Source: Microgenomates group bacterium ADurb.Bin219 (GTDB lineage Bacteria; Patescibacteriota; Microgenomatia; UM-FILTER-40-11). From it: DNA of 64,000 bases. The stretch lies in the NCBI GenBank assembly GCA_002069945.1, contig MWCH01000002.1, positions 79,164-143,163 on the forward strand. The letters run 5' to 3'. The position numbers and the translations under genes are program-made. Below the pieces are notes generated by a model. The model was given only the letters and a program-made list of their open reading frames with translations, had not been told where the DNA came from and did no database searches. Position 1 is the first letter of the stretch. Every line of letters begins with the position of its first letter. Below, in pieces: positions 1 through 9,004 of the stretch.

Positions 1-56
1 AGACCAGCTTTCGGGCCGAAGAAGTCATCGACAACAGCTTTCTGCCCGGAAAGTAA
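1..56 (+). CDS. 3' end of an upstream gene (partial, about 18 codons; stop TAA at 54-56); possibly the substrate-binding component preceding the ABC ATPase
   Basis: Open frame running into window start and ending 20 nt before the RBS (gaaggaggg) of the next gene; too short to assign. Confidence 0.2.
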   Translation, partial: TSFRAEEVIDNSFLPGK

Positions 57-75
57 ATCCGAAGAAGGAGGGAAG

Positions 76-840
76 ATGAACGCCGTCACGACGGAGAACC
101 TGAACCTTTGGTTCGGGAACCAACAAGTTCTTAACGGGATCACTTTCGCCGTCAATAAAGGCGAAGTGGTCGCCTTTCTGGGTCCCTCCGGCTGCGGTAA
201 ATCAACCCTCCTTCGCGTTCTTGGGGGTATCATTCCAAAAATTACCCCCGCCCGCGTTGAAGGCAAGGTTTACCTTTTCGATTCTCCTTTGGAGGAAACA
301 AAAGCCGGAGCGATTGATCTTATGTCCCAGGAAGGAAGTCTTCTTTCCTGGAGAACAGCCCTGGAAAATACTCAATTGGGAATGGAGATCCTTGGCCGAA
401 GAAACCATCGGAATAAGGCTCAGGAGCTTTTACAAAAAGTCGGCTTAAACGGCTTTTGCCAACGCTTACCCCGGGAACTTTCCGGCGGAATGCGCCAAAG
501 AGTCGCCCTGGCCGCCACTTTGATTACCCAACCCGAGCTGCTTTTGATGGACGAACCTTTAGCCAATCTGGATTCCTTAACCCGTGAATCAATGTGGCAA
601 CTGATAGAAGAGCTGATTAACCAGAACCTTATCAAAACCGCCCTTTTTGTCACTCACTCAATCGAAGAGGCGGTTGTTCTGGCCAACCGGATCTTCCGGA
701 TGTCAAGTTGCCCTTGCCGGATCATAGAAGACGTTCCCGTGGAAATACCCCGGCCGAGGATTAAGAGCAATGGTGCTCTTGATCCCAGTTGCCTGGAATT
801 GGCCAATTATCTCCGGGCAAAAATCCGAGGTGATCAATGA
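76..840 (+). CDS. ABC transporter ATP-binding protein (NitT/TauT nitrate/sulfonate/bicarbonate-type)
   Basis: Walker A GPSGCGKST, ABC signature LSGGMRQRVALA, Walker B LLLMDEP, H-loop; strong RBS aggagg upstream; stop overlaps next gene. Confidence 0.85.
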   Translation: MNAVTTENLNLWFGNQQVLNGITFAVNKGEVVAFLGPSGCGKSTLLRVLGGIIPKITPARVEGKVYLFDSPLEETKAGAIDLMSQEGSLLSWRTALENTQLGMEILGRRNHRNKAQELLQKVGLNGFCQRLPRELSGGMRQRVALAATLITQPELLLMDEPLANLDSLTRESMWQLIEELINQNLIKTALFVTHSIEEAVVLANRIFRMSSCPCRIIEDVPVEIPRPRIKSNGALDPSCLELANYLRAKIRGDQ

Positions 841-1580
841 AAGACAAAAGAATCCTGCTTCCCCTCTTGACTGCCTTGTTGCTGACCGTTGGCTTTGAAA
901 TCGGATTGGAATTAGCCAATGTCTCCCGGTTTATCTTACCGAAGCCGTCGCTGGTTTTGAAAGCACTTTCTGAAAACTGGCCCTGGATCTTTGCCAACCT
1001 CAAGGTTACGGTTCAGGAAGCAATTGTCGGCTTTGGTTTAAGTTTGATTTTGGGAGTTGGCCTGGCTCTAAGCTATCTATTTCTACCCCAGCTTGAGCCA
1101 ATAATCGTTCCCTTGGCGGTGGCCATCAGAAATGTTCCTTTCGTGGCGATCGCGCCGATTCTTTTTATCACTCTCGGCTACGGTCAAACCCCGAAAATTC
1201 TGATTGTCATGATTGTGAGTTTTTTCCCGATCATGGCCAACACCGCCGCCGGGTTCCAGTCAGTAAATAAGTATCAACTGGAACGTTTTACGGTTCTAAG
1301 GGCCAGTCGTTGGCAGTTGTTTACCAAGTTGCAATTGCCAACCGCCCTTCCTTTTTTTGCAACCGGTGTGGACGTAGCCGCCAGCAACATCATTATCTCG
1401 GCGATTGTCGGCGAGCTATTGGGAACTACCCAAGGACTAGGCTTTGTCATCTTGATGAGCGTCAGCCAATTCCGGTTCGCGCTCCTGATGGCGGCCGTAG
1501 TCGTGACAACCGTTGTTTCCATTTTGCTAACCTGGTTTTTTCAGATAGCAACCAGAAACCTCTTCAAAAAATGGCTCTAA
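837..1580 (+). CDS. ABC transporter permease (binding-protein-dependent transport system inner membrane component)
   Basis: About 6 predicted TM helices; ATGA start/stop overlap with the ATPase gene; typical NitT/TauT permease size. Confidence 0.8.
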   Translation: MKDKRILLPLLTALLLTVGFEIGLELANVSRFILPKPSLVLKALSENWPWIFANLKVTVQEAIVGFGLSLILGVGLALSYLFLPQLEPIIVPLAVAIRNVPFVAIAPILFITLGYGQTPKILIVMIVSFFPIMANTAAGFQSVNKYQLERFTVLRASRWQLFTKLQLPTALPFFATGVDVAASNIIISAIVGELLGTTQGLGFVILMSVSQFRFALLMAAVVVTTVVSILLTWFFQIATRNLFKKWL

Positions 1581-1590
1581 AGGAGGAGCG

Positions 1591-2547
1591 ATGAACGTGA
1601 ACACGATTGCCGACATCAAAGATCTGCTGCAAGGTTGTTATCAAGATAAGCCGGCTATTGTTGCCTCGGTCGGCGGCTCGGGAACCTGGGCCATGGACAT
1701 GGCCGGCCCAGGCTTTCCCGAAGGAATGCCGGAAACTGGAGTCAAAACCGCGGTCGCTTTCCGTCAGGTTCAGACTCCCTTCGGTCCAATTCCGGTAGTC
1801 AAGATTTTAATCGTTGACGGTTCCCCGGTTATCCGGATTCCGGTCCACGGCTGGCGTTTCCCCATTCCCAATCTCAACCACACCAATGCGACTTTCTGGC
1901 TGCTCTTCCATCTGGGCATCAAGGAAGTCATCGTTGATGCTAGTGTGGGCGGAATCAAGGCCAAACCTTGGGATGTCGTTGTTCCCGACGATGTTATCAT
2001 CAACAACGAAGCAAAGCTGAAGATCCTTGAACTCACTAGCCAGATTGACGGTGATTCCCGGAAGCGAATGGCAGAACCGTTCTGCCCAACCCTGCGTCAA
2101 TGCTTGATCGCCGCCGTCAAAAGGCTGCCGGGCCTACAAGAAGTTTTTCCTCATGCGCCGCTGGCCGACCTGCACGAAAAGGGCACCTATTACACAATGC
2201 CCTTAACCGTCTTTGAAACCCCGGCGGAGATAAAAGATCTGAAGAAAAGGGGTTTTCTTGTCGTTGGCCAATCTTCCGGCCAGGAAGCTTTGGCCGCCCG
2301 GCTCTGCGGCATGCATTTCGCCGTTGTCAACCCGGTAGTCAACTTCGCCGAAGGCTTGGAAGGAGCCAGCTGGTCGGCAGGAGAAACCATGGCCGATCTT
2401 TACACCAGAATCGCTCCAACAATGGGATTGGTAGTCATTGAAGCCTTGAGGCTCATCCTCCGAACAAAGACCAATTGCCGCTGTTCGGAATATGCCTCAG
2501 CTACCGACCTGACCGTGTTTACCAACTCAACCACCTATCGGGAATAG
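1591..2547 (+). CDS. mtnP: 5'-methylthioadenosine / purine nucleoside phosphorylase family protein (MTAP-like)
   Basis: Motif RMAEPFCPTLRQ matches the MTAP family signature (PMAEPFCP); a second PNP/MTAP-like block is GQSSGQEALAARLCGMHFAVVNPVVN; aggagg RBS. Confidence 0.7.
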   Translation: MNVNTIADIKDLLQGCYQDKPAIVASVGGSGTWAMDMAGPGFPEGMPETGVKTAVAFRQVQTPFGPIPVVKILIVDGSPVIRIPVHGWRFPIPNLNHTNATFWLLFHLGIKEVIVDASVGGIKAKPWDVVVPDDVIINNEAKLKILELTSQIDGDSRKRMAEPFCPTLRQCLIAAVKRLPGLQEVFPHAPLADLHEKGTYYTMPLTVFETPAEIKDLKKRGFLVVGQSSGQEALAARLCGMHFAVVNPVVNFAEGLEGASWSAGETMADLYTRIAPTMGLVVIEALRLILRTKTNCRCSEYASATDLTVFTNSTTYRE

Positions 2548-2632
2548 CCTTCAGTTTTACCTGCGGGAAGCGGAGATTCTACCTAAGCGGTAGAGTTTTA
2601 CTTCGCTTCCCGCAGGATGTTTTTAAAAAACT

Positions 2633-3523
2633 CTACTTTGCCTCCGGCGGCAAACTCCATTTCCCCATATCGCCAACCGTAAAATTTCCGTTATCCTCCA
2701 AAAGATAAAAATCCTCCGATAATCGATAAACCGGAACCGCCGCCACCGCCTCCATCCGACCAAAACCAAAATGCCGCCTGGATTCAATTGACAAAAGTGA
2801 AGTTAATCCTCTTTGGGTCGCCGCGCTAACGGCAATAATTACCCTTGCTTCCGATAAGGCGGATTCCTTTTGCAGCTCCTCTTTAATCATTTCTAAAGTT
2901 CCCCAGGCGCTGATATACGAAGCCAAACAATCATCGGCAAAAACAAAATTGCGGTAAGCGGAAATTTTTGGGTTTTTATCCGCCAGCCTGACTCCCACCA
3001 TCAATCGGCCATCTTTGCCTAAAAGCCGGCTCATCCGGTAATCAAGAAAGTTTTCGGCCGGAAACCCGATTTCTTGATAAACCTCTTGGACAAAAATTCC
3101 CCCGTTTTTGGGAGGAGTAATTAAAGCCGATTGAGGATCAATCCGGTTGGCAACCGACCGGGCCAGCTCTTGATAAACAATTTTTAGATGATTCCGGTAT
3201 TCTTCCCGATCGGCAGGATTATTAAAACTCCTGTTCGGATCATTCGCCAATCGACAAATATCTCTCATTCTTGAAGCCACAATCGGAATATCAAAACCAA
3301 GATAAGTTAAATCCGTCCGGCGGTTAGCGGTTATTCTGTTTTCCGGAGGAACTGTTTCGCGAACAGAATCGAGCGAGCTGCCAAAATCGATGACCCGGTC
3401 AAAAGGACCAAGAGAACCTTCTTTAAGAAAATCCTTATCCACAACTAAACGGCCATCCAGGCCGCGAGTTAAAAAAGACGGCAGATTGACTTCAGGATAT
3501 ACAATCGGTTTTTCAATTGACAT
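2633..3523 (-). CDS. Hypothetical protein, weak phosphoribosyltransferase-like motif (possible divergent uracil/nucleobase PRTase)
   Basis: 296 aa soluble protein; segment NFVFADDCLASYISAWG loosely resembles the PRPP-binding motif of type I PRTases/UPRT; sits next to an NCS2 permease as in upp-pyrP pairs; RBS aggaggt upstream. Confidence 0.35.
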   Translation of the reverse strand: MSIEKPIVYPEVNLPSFLTRGLDGRLVVDKDFLKEGSLGPFDRVIDFGSSLDSVRETVPPENRITANRRTDLTYLGFDIPIVASRMRDICRLANDPNRSFNNPADREEYRNHLKIVYQELARSVANRIDPQSALITPPKNGGIFVQEVYQEIGFPAENFLDYRMSRLLGKDGRLMVGVRLADKNPKISAYRNFVFADDCLASYISAWGTLEMIKEELQKESALSEARVIIAVSAATQRGLTSLLSIESRRHFGFGRMEAVAAVPVYRLSEDFYLLEDNGNFTVGDMGKWSLPPEAK

Positions 3524-3635
3524 CTTTTACCTCCTTTTAAACTAAAACAAAATAAATTGCAAATAATTAAAAAAATCCGGTAAGGAGAAAGGATTTGGGG
3601 TGGTAAACCCAATCTCCCTACCGGTGTCTGGAAAG

Positions 3636-5150
3636 CTACAAAGACGAGAACTCTGGCTCTTCCCGGGTAAGCTTGGGGTAGCGCTTTTCAAGAAAGCTGG
3701 CAAAGTAATAAATGACCAAGCCAAGGACGATAGAAAAAGAGATCCCGCTTAGCCATTCTTCGCCGCGAAACACCAGCTTGAGGTTTCCCACACCTACGAT
3801 TTGCATTACCGCCGTTACCATGAAGTTCTTGATGTTGCGAAAGTTCAAGTGCTCCCGAATCGCCAATTCAAATCCCTGCACGGCGATAGAGCCAAACATC
3901 ACCACGGCCGCACCGCCGAGAATCGCGGTCATTATGGAGGAGAGAAAGGCGTTCAGGTGACCAGAAAACCCAAATGCTATCGACCAAAACGCCGCCATCA
4001 AAACCACGACCGTGGAAAAAACGCGCACCAGAGCAAAGACGCCCAGACCCTCGGCATAGGTTGTATTCCCTGCAGTTCCCACCATTCCTCCTGCCGGATC
4101 TGCCAAAGCATCACCAAGCAACGCCCGCCAGAGCTTGTCCATCAGTGGCCGATTGAGCAAACCCTGCAATACCAGGATATGACCAAGAGTCTCAAAACTT
4201 GTCGCCAAACACACCGGTATCATCTGAACCAAGCTCGCCAAATCAAAACGCGGGAGGAAAAACCCCGGCATCCTGAATAAGGGAGCGTTGATTACCGGTC
4301 GAACATCGATCTGACCACTGATGGCTCCAACCAGATACACAACCCCAATGGCCAGGACAATTGGGATCGTTCCCAAATATCCCGGGATGAACCGAAAAAC
4401 CAAGATCAGCAAGATGGTGGCAATCCCATACACAAGATTGGTCTGAGCCATGCCGGTCCCAACGCCAGCTAAGCTTAATCCAATGTTGACAATGATATTG
4501 GCCGCCACCACCTTCGGTACAATCTTTGCCAACGTCTCGGCCGCCTTATTCGCACCGCTCCGCTTAGTTATAAGGTAGACAAGCAGCGCCAGAGACAAAG
4601 TTACCAGTGTTGATTGAACAACCGCTCCGGTTGCGTAAGCCAGTGGGTTCACTCCGGAAGGAACGACTTTTGCCGCTCTCACCGACACCGAAACGATAGC
4701 CGCAATGTAGGTAAAAGACGTTCCGACAAAGTTCGGCATCAAGCCTGCGGTCACGATCGTCCAAACAATCGTTCCCAGCCCGGCGGCGACCAAAGCAACC
4801 AATGGATCAAATTGGTACGTTGTAACCCCATTGTCGGCCAGATACTTGTTGATAGTCAGAACACCAACCACCGTTGCCGGAGCACAGGCCGCAAAGACCT
4901 GCAATCCCCAGATCAAACTCCGCCACAAAGGCGGAATTTCTTCCGGCATTACATCCCGTGTCTTTTGAGTATTCCCCAACAGTAAGGTTCTTAAAGCAAC
5001 CATGTCTTGGCCCAATCCTTTCTTGTTTAGAGTCTGCTCAGCTTCCACCCCGAGTCGTGTTTGATTTGACAAAGCAAGAGCAGCAGCAAAATTCCAAGAA
5101 ACACCGTCTTTGAAACTTGCTACTACCCTTGCTTTTATGTAACCTTCCAA
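3636..5150 (-). CDS. Nucleobase:cation symporter-2 (NCS2) family permease (uracil/xanthine permease-like)
   Basis: 504 aa, about 12 TM helices; NCS2-like motifs GLQVFAACAPATVVGVL and TAGNTTYAEGLGVFALVRV (compare the GxTxNTxYsENiG block). Confidence 0.6.
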   Translation of the reverse strand: MEGYIKARVVASFKDGVSWNFAAALALSNQTRLGVEAEQTLNKKGLGQDMVALRTLLLGNTQKTRDVMPEEIPPLWRSLIWGLQVFAACAPATVVGVLTINKYLADNGVTTYQFDPLVALVAAGLGTIVWTIVTAGLMPNFVGTSFTYIAAIVSVSVRAAKVVPSGVNPLAYATGAVVQSTLVTLSLALLVYLITKRSGANKAAETLAKIVPKVVAANIIVNIGLSLAGVGTGMAQTNLVYGIATILLILVFRFIPGYLGTIPIVLAIGVVYLVGAISGQIDVRPVINAPLFRMPGFFLPRFDLASLVQMIPVCLATSFETLGHILVLQGLLNRPLMDKLWRALLGDALADPAGGMVGTAGNTTYAEGLGVFALVRVFSTVVVLMAAFWSIAFGFSGHLNAFLSSIMTAILGGAAVVMFGSIAVQGFELAIREHLNFRNIKNFMVTAVMQIVGVGNLKLVFRGEEWLSGISFSIVLGLVIYYFASFLEKRYPKLTREEPEFSSL

Positions 5151-5375
5151 AATTTTAAAGAGCTTTTTGCCCGCAAAAAATACGCTTCAGTCCGCCTTCA
5201 CAAAACAAAAACCGTTTTCGGCGGATCTCCGTTCCTAATGGCAACGGACGAAATTTTCGGAAGCAATTTTCCGAAATTTCAATATTTTTCCGAGCGTAAA
5301 AATCTTGAGAAAAGATCCTGGTAAAAAAAATAACCACCTTTCGGTGGTTAAATTTGGCAGAATATTCTGCTGGTT

Positions 5376-5407
5376 AAAAAAAATCCCAGAATCTTCACTC
5401 TGGGATT
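5376..5407 (-). terminator. Rho-independent terminator downstream of obg
   Basis: Minus-strand reading gives an 8 bp stem (atcccaga/tctgggat) with 8 nt loop followed by a T9 run, 40 nt after the obg stop. Confidence 0.45.
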
Positions 5408-5448
5408 ATAGCTTAGCAAAAAAATCAAAAGTTTGTCAAGAGGAAATT

Positions 5449-6414
5449 TCAACCTTTGTTTATCGCTCTTAATCTGGCCTTAAGTTTTTCCAAACTTTCA
5501 AAATCATAAACAGAACAAACCAGGATTTCTTTTTTCAATTCACTCAAATCCCTTTTAACCAGATCAATTTTATCCTCAGAAACCAAATCGGATTTGGTTA
5601 AAAGAATTATTTCCTTCTTTTTTGACATTTCTTTGTCGTAGGCAAGAATCTCTCCGCGGATGGCCTGATAGTCTCGCCGGGCATCGTCCGTTTCCAAACT
5701 TAGGCAATGAATAAGCAGCTTGGTCCTTTTGATATGGCGCAGAAATTTAAAACCCAGGCCCTTCCCCGATCCGGCTCCTTCAATCAAACCCGGCAAATCG
5801 GCCAGAATTAAATTGTCTAACACTCCCAAATTTGGTTCCAAGGTCGTAAAAGGATAGGTCGCGACTTTGGCCCGCGCCTTGGTTAACTCGTTAAGCAAAC
5901 TGGATTTGCCGGCATTGGGTAAACCGATTAAACCGAAATCGGCAATCAATCTTAATTCCAAAAAAAGCCTTCTTTCCTGACCGGGAGTTCCTTTTTCTGC
6001 ATAACGGGGCGTTTGGTTGGTCGCCGAACGGAATTCCCAATTGCCTCGGCCGCCTTGGCCGGCCCTGGCCAGAAGAATTTTTTTCTCCAAATCGGTAATT
6101 TCCCAGGTTTCTTCCGAATCCAAATCTTTGATAAAAGTTCCCTTGGGCAAATAAAGAATCTTGTCCCGGCCGCCCCTTCCGGTTTTTTTTCTGCCGCTGC
6201 CGGGGAAACCGTTTTCCGCGCTGAAGGATTTTTGATAACGAAATTGCCTTAATCCGCCGATATCATCACTTCCTTGAAAATAAAAATTGCCGCCATTCCC
6301 CCCGTTTCCTCCATCCGGACCGCCTTTGGGAATAAATTTTTCCCGGCGAAAGGAAACCGCTCCGCCGCCGCCGTCACCGGCTTTAATTTCAATTGTCGCT
6401 TCGTCGATTAACAT
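5449..6414 (-). CDS. obg: GTPase Obg/CgtA
   Basis: N-terminal Obg fold with glycine-rich GGxGG repeats (GGPDGGNGGNGG); G1 motif GLPNAGKSSLL, G3 DLPGLIEGA, G4 TKSD. Confidence 0.9.
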   Translation of the reverse strand: MLIDEATIEIKAGDGGGGAVSFRREKFIPKGGPDGGNGGNGGNFYFQGSDDIGGLRQFRYQKSFSAENGFPGSGRKKTGRGGRDKILYLPKGTFIKDLDSEETWEITDLEKKILLARAGQGGRGNWEFRSATNQTPRYAEKGTPGQERRLFLELRLIADFGLIGLPNAGKSSLLNELTKARAKVATYPFTTLEPNLGVLDNLILADLPGLIEGAGSGKGLGFKFLRHIKRTKLLIHCLSLETDDARRDYQAIRGEILAYDKEMSKKKEIILLTKSDLVSEDKIDLVKRDLSELKKEILVCSVYDFESLEKLKARLRAINKG

Positions 6415-6475
6415 TTTCTTAGAGCAAGACAGAGGAAGAGAACAGAGTAAAAGTAGACTCTTTTTACCCTACCCG

Positions 6476-7414
6476 CTATCCTCTCTCGCGCTGCTCTTTT
6501 ACTCTATTATAATATTCTTTTAAAACCCACCCGCTGCAATCCTGCGGATGGAATAATACTCTACCTGCCTCTACTTTTTCAATGGTCTTTCTTGGTTTCA
6601 TATAAAGCAGTTGGAATTTAAAGGCGATTTTTTCCAAAAAATTGAAAAAGATATCGAAAATATCTTGTTTTTTTCTCTTGATATCATTATTTTTTAATCT
6701 TTTTGACTCCAAAAAATTGATCAGAAATTTCTTAACCCATCGGTTCTCTTCAAGGAACTTTTTATAAGTATCTTCCTTGTCCCACAATAATTTAACCTGG
6801 CAGACTTCATGGGCCGTATATAAATTTCTTTCCCCGGCCGGAATAGCCAAGTTGTCTTCGTCCAAAAACATATTTAAACAAACTTTGTTTTGCCAAATAT
6901 CCGAAGGCAAAGTTGAAGAAACGGACGGCTTTCTTCTTACCCTCAAAATTTCCGTCAGGCAAACCAGAAAAAAGCGGGTCAACCAAAGACGGCTTCCGGC
7001 AGTAACAATTAAAAAATCAAGATCATCCTCCGGAGCCGCATTGTCCATCGCCAAGCTCCCGGTCAAACCGACCATCTTAATCCAAGGAATCAGCTTAAAC
7101 CAGCGGCTTATCTTAGCGGCAATCTCCTGTTTTCTTTGGTTTTCTTTCTGTTTTTGCCGGCGAAGGGCGACCAACCGACGACGTCCTTTCAAAAAATAGA
7201 AATTCTTTTCGGTAAACAAAAAATGTTTCTCTTTCGCCAATTGGTTCAGTCCCGATTTAACCGCAGAAAAAGAAGTTGGCCGGAATAATTTGTCGGCGAT
7301 CAAATAACAATGGATTTCTTCTGCGGTCAAGCAATAATTAAAAATATCCGCGTATTGCAAGGTCCGAAGGATAGCCTTGTCTAAAAAAGAATCTTTTTTA
7401 TCTGACAATTTCAA
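6476..7414 (-). CDS. Hypothetical protein with nucleotidyltransferase (Pol-beta superfamily)-like motif
   Basis: GLTGSLAMDNAAPEDDLDFLIV fits the hG[GS]x9-13 DhD NTase signature; otherwise no recognisable family. Confidence 0.4.
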   Translation of the reverse strand: MKLSDKKDSFLDKAILRTLQYADIFNYCLTAEEIHCYLIADKLFRPTSFSAVKSGLNQLAKEKHFLFTEKNFYFLKGRRRLVALRRQKQKENQRKQEIAAKISRWFKLIPWIKMVGLTGSLAMDNAAPEDDLDFLIVTAGSRLWLTRFFLVCLTEILRVRRKPSVSSTLPSDIWQNKVCLNMFLDEDNLAIPAGERNLYTAHEVCQVKLLWDKEDTYKKFLEENRWVKKFLINFLESKRLKNNDIKRKKQDIFDIFFNFLEKIAFKFQLLYMKPRKTIEKVEAGRVLFHPQDCSGWVLKEYYNRVKEQRERG

Positions 7415-7462
7415 ATTCTTTTACCGGATTTTATTTTAAATCGGTTAACCCCGGTCCGAAGA

Positions 7463-9004
7463 TTATTTTAAACCGTACTTTGCCAAAACCTGATTAATCC
7501 CCATCGCCGCAGTCGCCAGAGAAGATTGACTGTTTTCTCCCCGGCCGATGGCATTAACCGCATCTTCATAATATTTAATTATTTCGTCATTAATACCGTT
7601 ATCGTAAGTCCTTGCGCAAAGATACCAACTCTTGGCTTTTACGGCCTGTTGAATATAGGCGCCGACATATAGCTCGTTGCGTAATAAATCCGCCATGTCC
7701 GTCCGACTATAGGGTTCGCCGAAAAGCCGCAACTGGCTTTGATTTTGATACAGTTTGGCTATCGTCTCTTTGGTAGCAAGAAACTGTAAGAAATCCCAAG
7801 CTTCTTTGGCGTGAGCCGATTTATTGGAGACTCCTTCAACCCAATAACTGGCCCAAGCTAGATCAACACCGGAAAGTTGAGGAACCGGAATAATTTTAAA
7901 CTTCAAGCCGGGGTTCAGGGTTTTAATGTCAAAAACCCGCCAGGACGGGCCGAAATACATCGCCAACCGACCGGAAGCAAAAGAATAGGTTGAAGGAGGT
8001 AAACTGCTGTCCCAAACCCGATGGTCGGAAACAAATTTCAAATAAAAAGAAATGGCATCCGCGGCAAAATTATCCGTCGGGTTGGCCAAATCGGCATTAT
8101 TTTGCAATAACATTAATCCTAAAATCTCGCTCCAATGATCAACATTATTGGTTGTTCCCAAGGCGGCACCGGCCGTTTGAATTTTTCCCGTTGAGTCCCT
8201 TACCGTCAACTCGACTGCCAGTTGGCGAAATTCTTCCCAGGTTTTCGGCGGTAATTTTCCGGCAGTGGCAAAAATGTCCTCATTATAGTAAAGGGCCAAG
8301 CCGTCCATCATCAAAGGTAAACCGACATAGCCGTTAGCCAGTTTCAAATCGGTTCTCGCCACCGGATAATAGGTTCTTTCAAAAGTGGCGGCATCCATAA
8401 CATTAGCCGGCACCGGAGAAAGCAAGTCTCTGAACATTGGTGTCCAGGTATTATGAAAACGAAAGATATCTATTTCCCCCCGATCCAAAGCCGCCCTTAA
8501 ACGCTGGCGGTAATTTTTGGTCGATTCGCCTAAATTCTGGACATAATTGATTTTTACTTTCGGATGAGATTTTTGGTATTCCTCAATAATTCCACTCAAG
8601 GTCGCTGCCGGTTCCCAAAGCCCCCAGTAAGTTAGCGTCACTTCGTTTTCCTTTTTTCCGGTCAGTTTCGGGAGAAGACTGCCAAAAAAGAGAACGATAA
8701 TTCCGATCAAAAATAAAGCGACCGCAAAAACCAAAAGGGTTTTTTTTATGGCTATTTTATTGGCCGGCGGTTCCGGATTTTCCGGTATGACCGGCGCCGG
8801 GGCGGCAACCGTCGGCGAAAAATCGGAAGCCGGAGACGGAGTTACCGATTCGGTATTGGTTTTTTCCACTACAACCTGATTAATTGGCGGCGGAGGGTAA
8901 TCAACCGGAGGCGTCAAATTCGGCGCCGATTCGGTTTGCGGATCAACCTTGGCAAAAAAATCGTTTAAATTACCGGTGTTGTTTTGAGTATCGGTCATCT
9001 TCAA
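7463..9004 (-). CDS. Membrane-anchored ABC transporter substrate-binding protein (family 1, sugar-type)
   Basis: N-terminal Pro-rich region and a single TM helix (LLVFAVALFLIGIIVLFFGSLL); SBP_bac_1-like body (TYWGLWEP..., KINYVQ..., periplasmic-binding fold length). Confidence 0.65.
   Translation of the reverse strand: MKMTDTQNNTGNLNDFFAKVDPQTESAPNLTPPVDYPPPPINQVVVEKTNTESVTPSPASDFSPTVAAPAPVIPENPEPPANKIAIKKTLLVFAVALFLIGIIVLFFGSLLPKLTGKKENEVTLTYWGLWEPAATLSGIIEEYQKSHPKVKINYVQNLGESTKNYRQRLRAALDRGEIDIFRFHNTWTPMFRDLLSPVPANVMDAATFERTYYPVARTDLKLANGYVGLPLMMDGLALYYNEDIFATAGKLPPKTWEEFRQLAVELTVRDSTGKIQTAGAALGTTNNVDHWSEILGLMLLQNNADLANPTDNFAADAISFYLKFVSDHRVWDSSLPPSTYSFASGRLAMYFGPSWRVFDIKTLNPGLKFKIIPVPQLSGVDLAWASYWVEGVSNKSAHAKEAWDFLQFLATKETIAKLYQNQSQLRLFGEPYSRTDMADLLRNELYVGAYIQQAVKAKSWYLCARTYDNGINDEIIKYYEDAVNAIGRGENSQSSLATAAMGINQVLAKYGLK

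Noticed and set aside
3801-4280. 159 aa plus-strand ORF (and several others, for example 4614-4985 and 4874-5113) inside the NCS2 permease gene
   Set aside because: Antisense to a long, well-supported membrane-protein gene; basic/Arg-rich translation typical of antisense frames of GC-moderate membrane genes.
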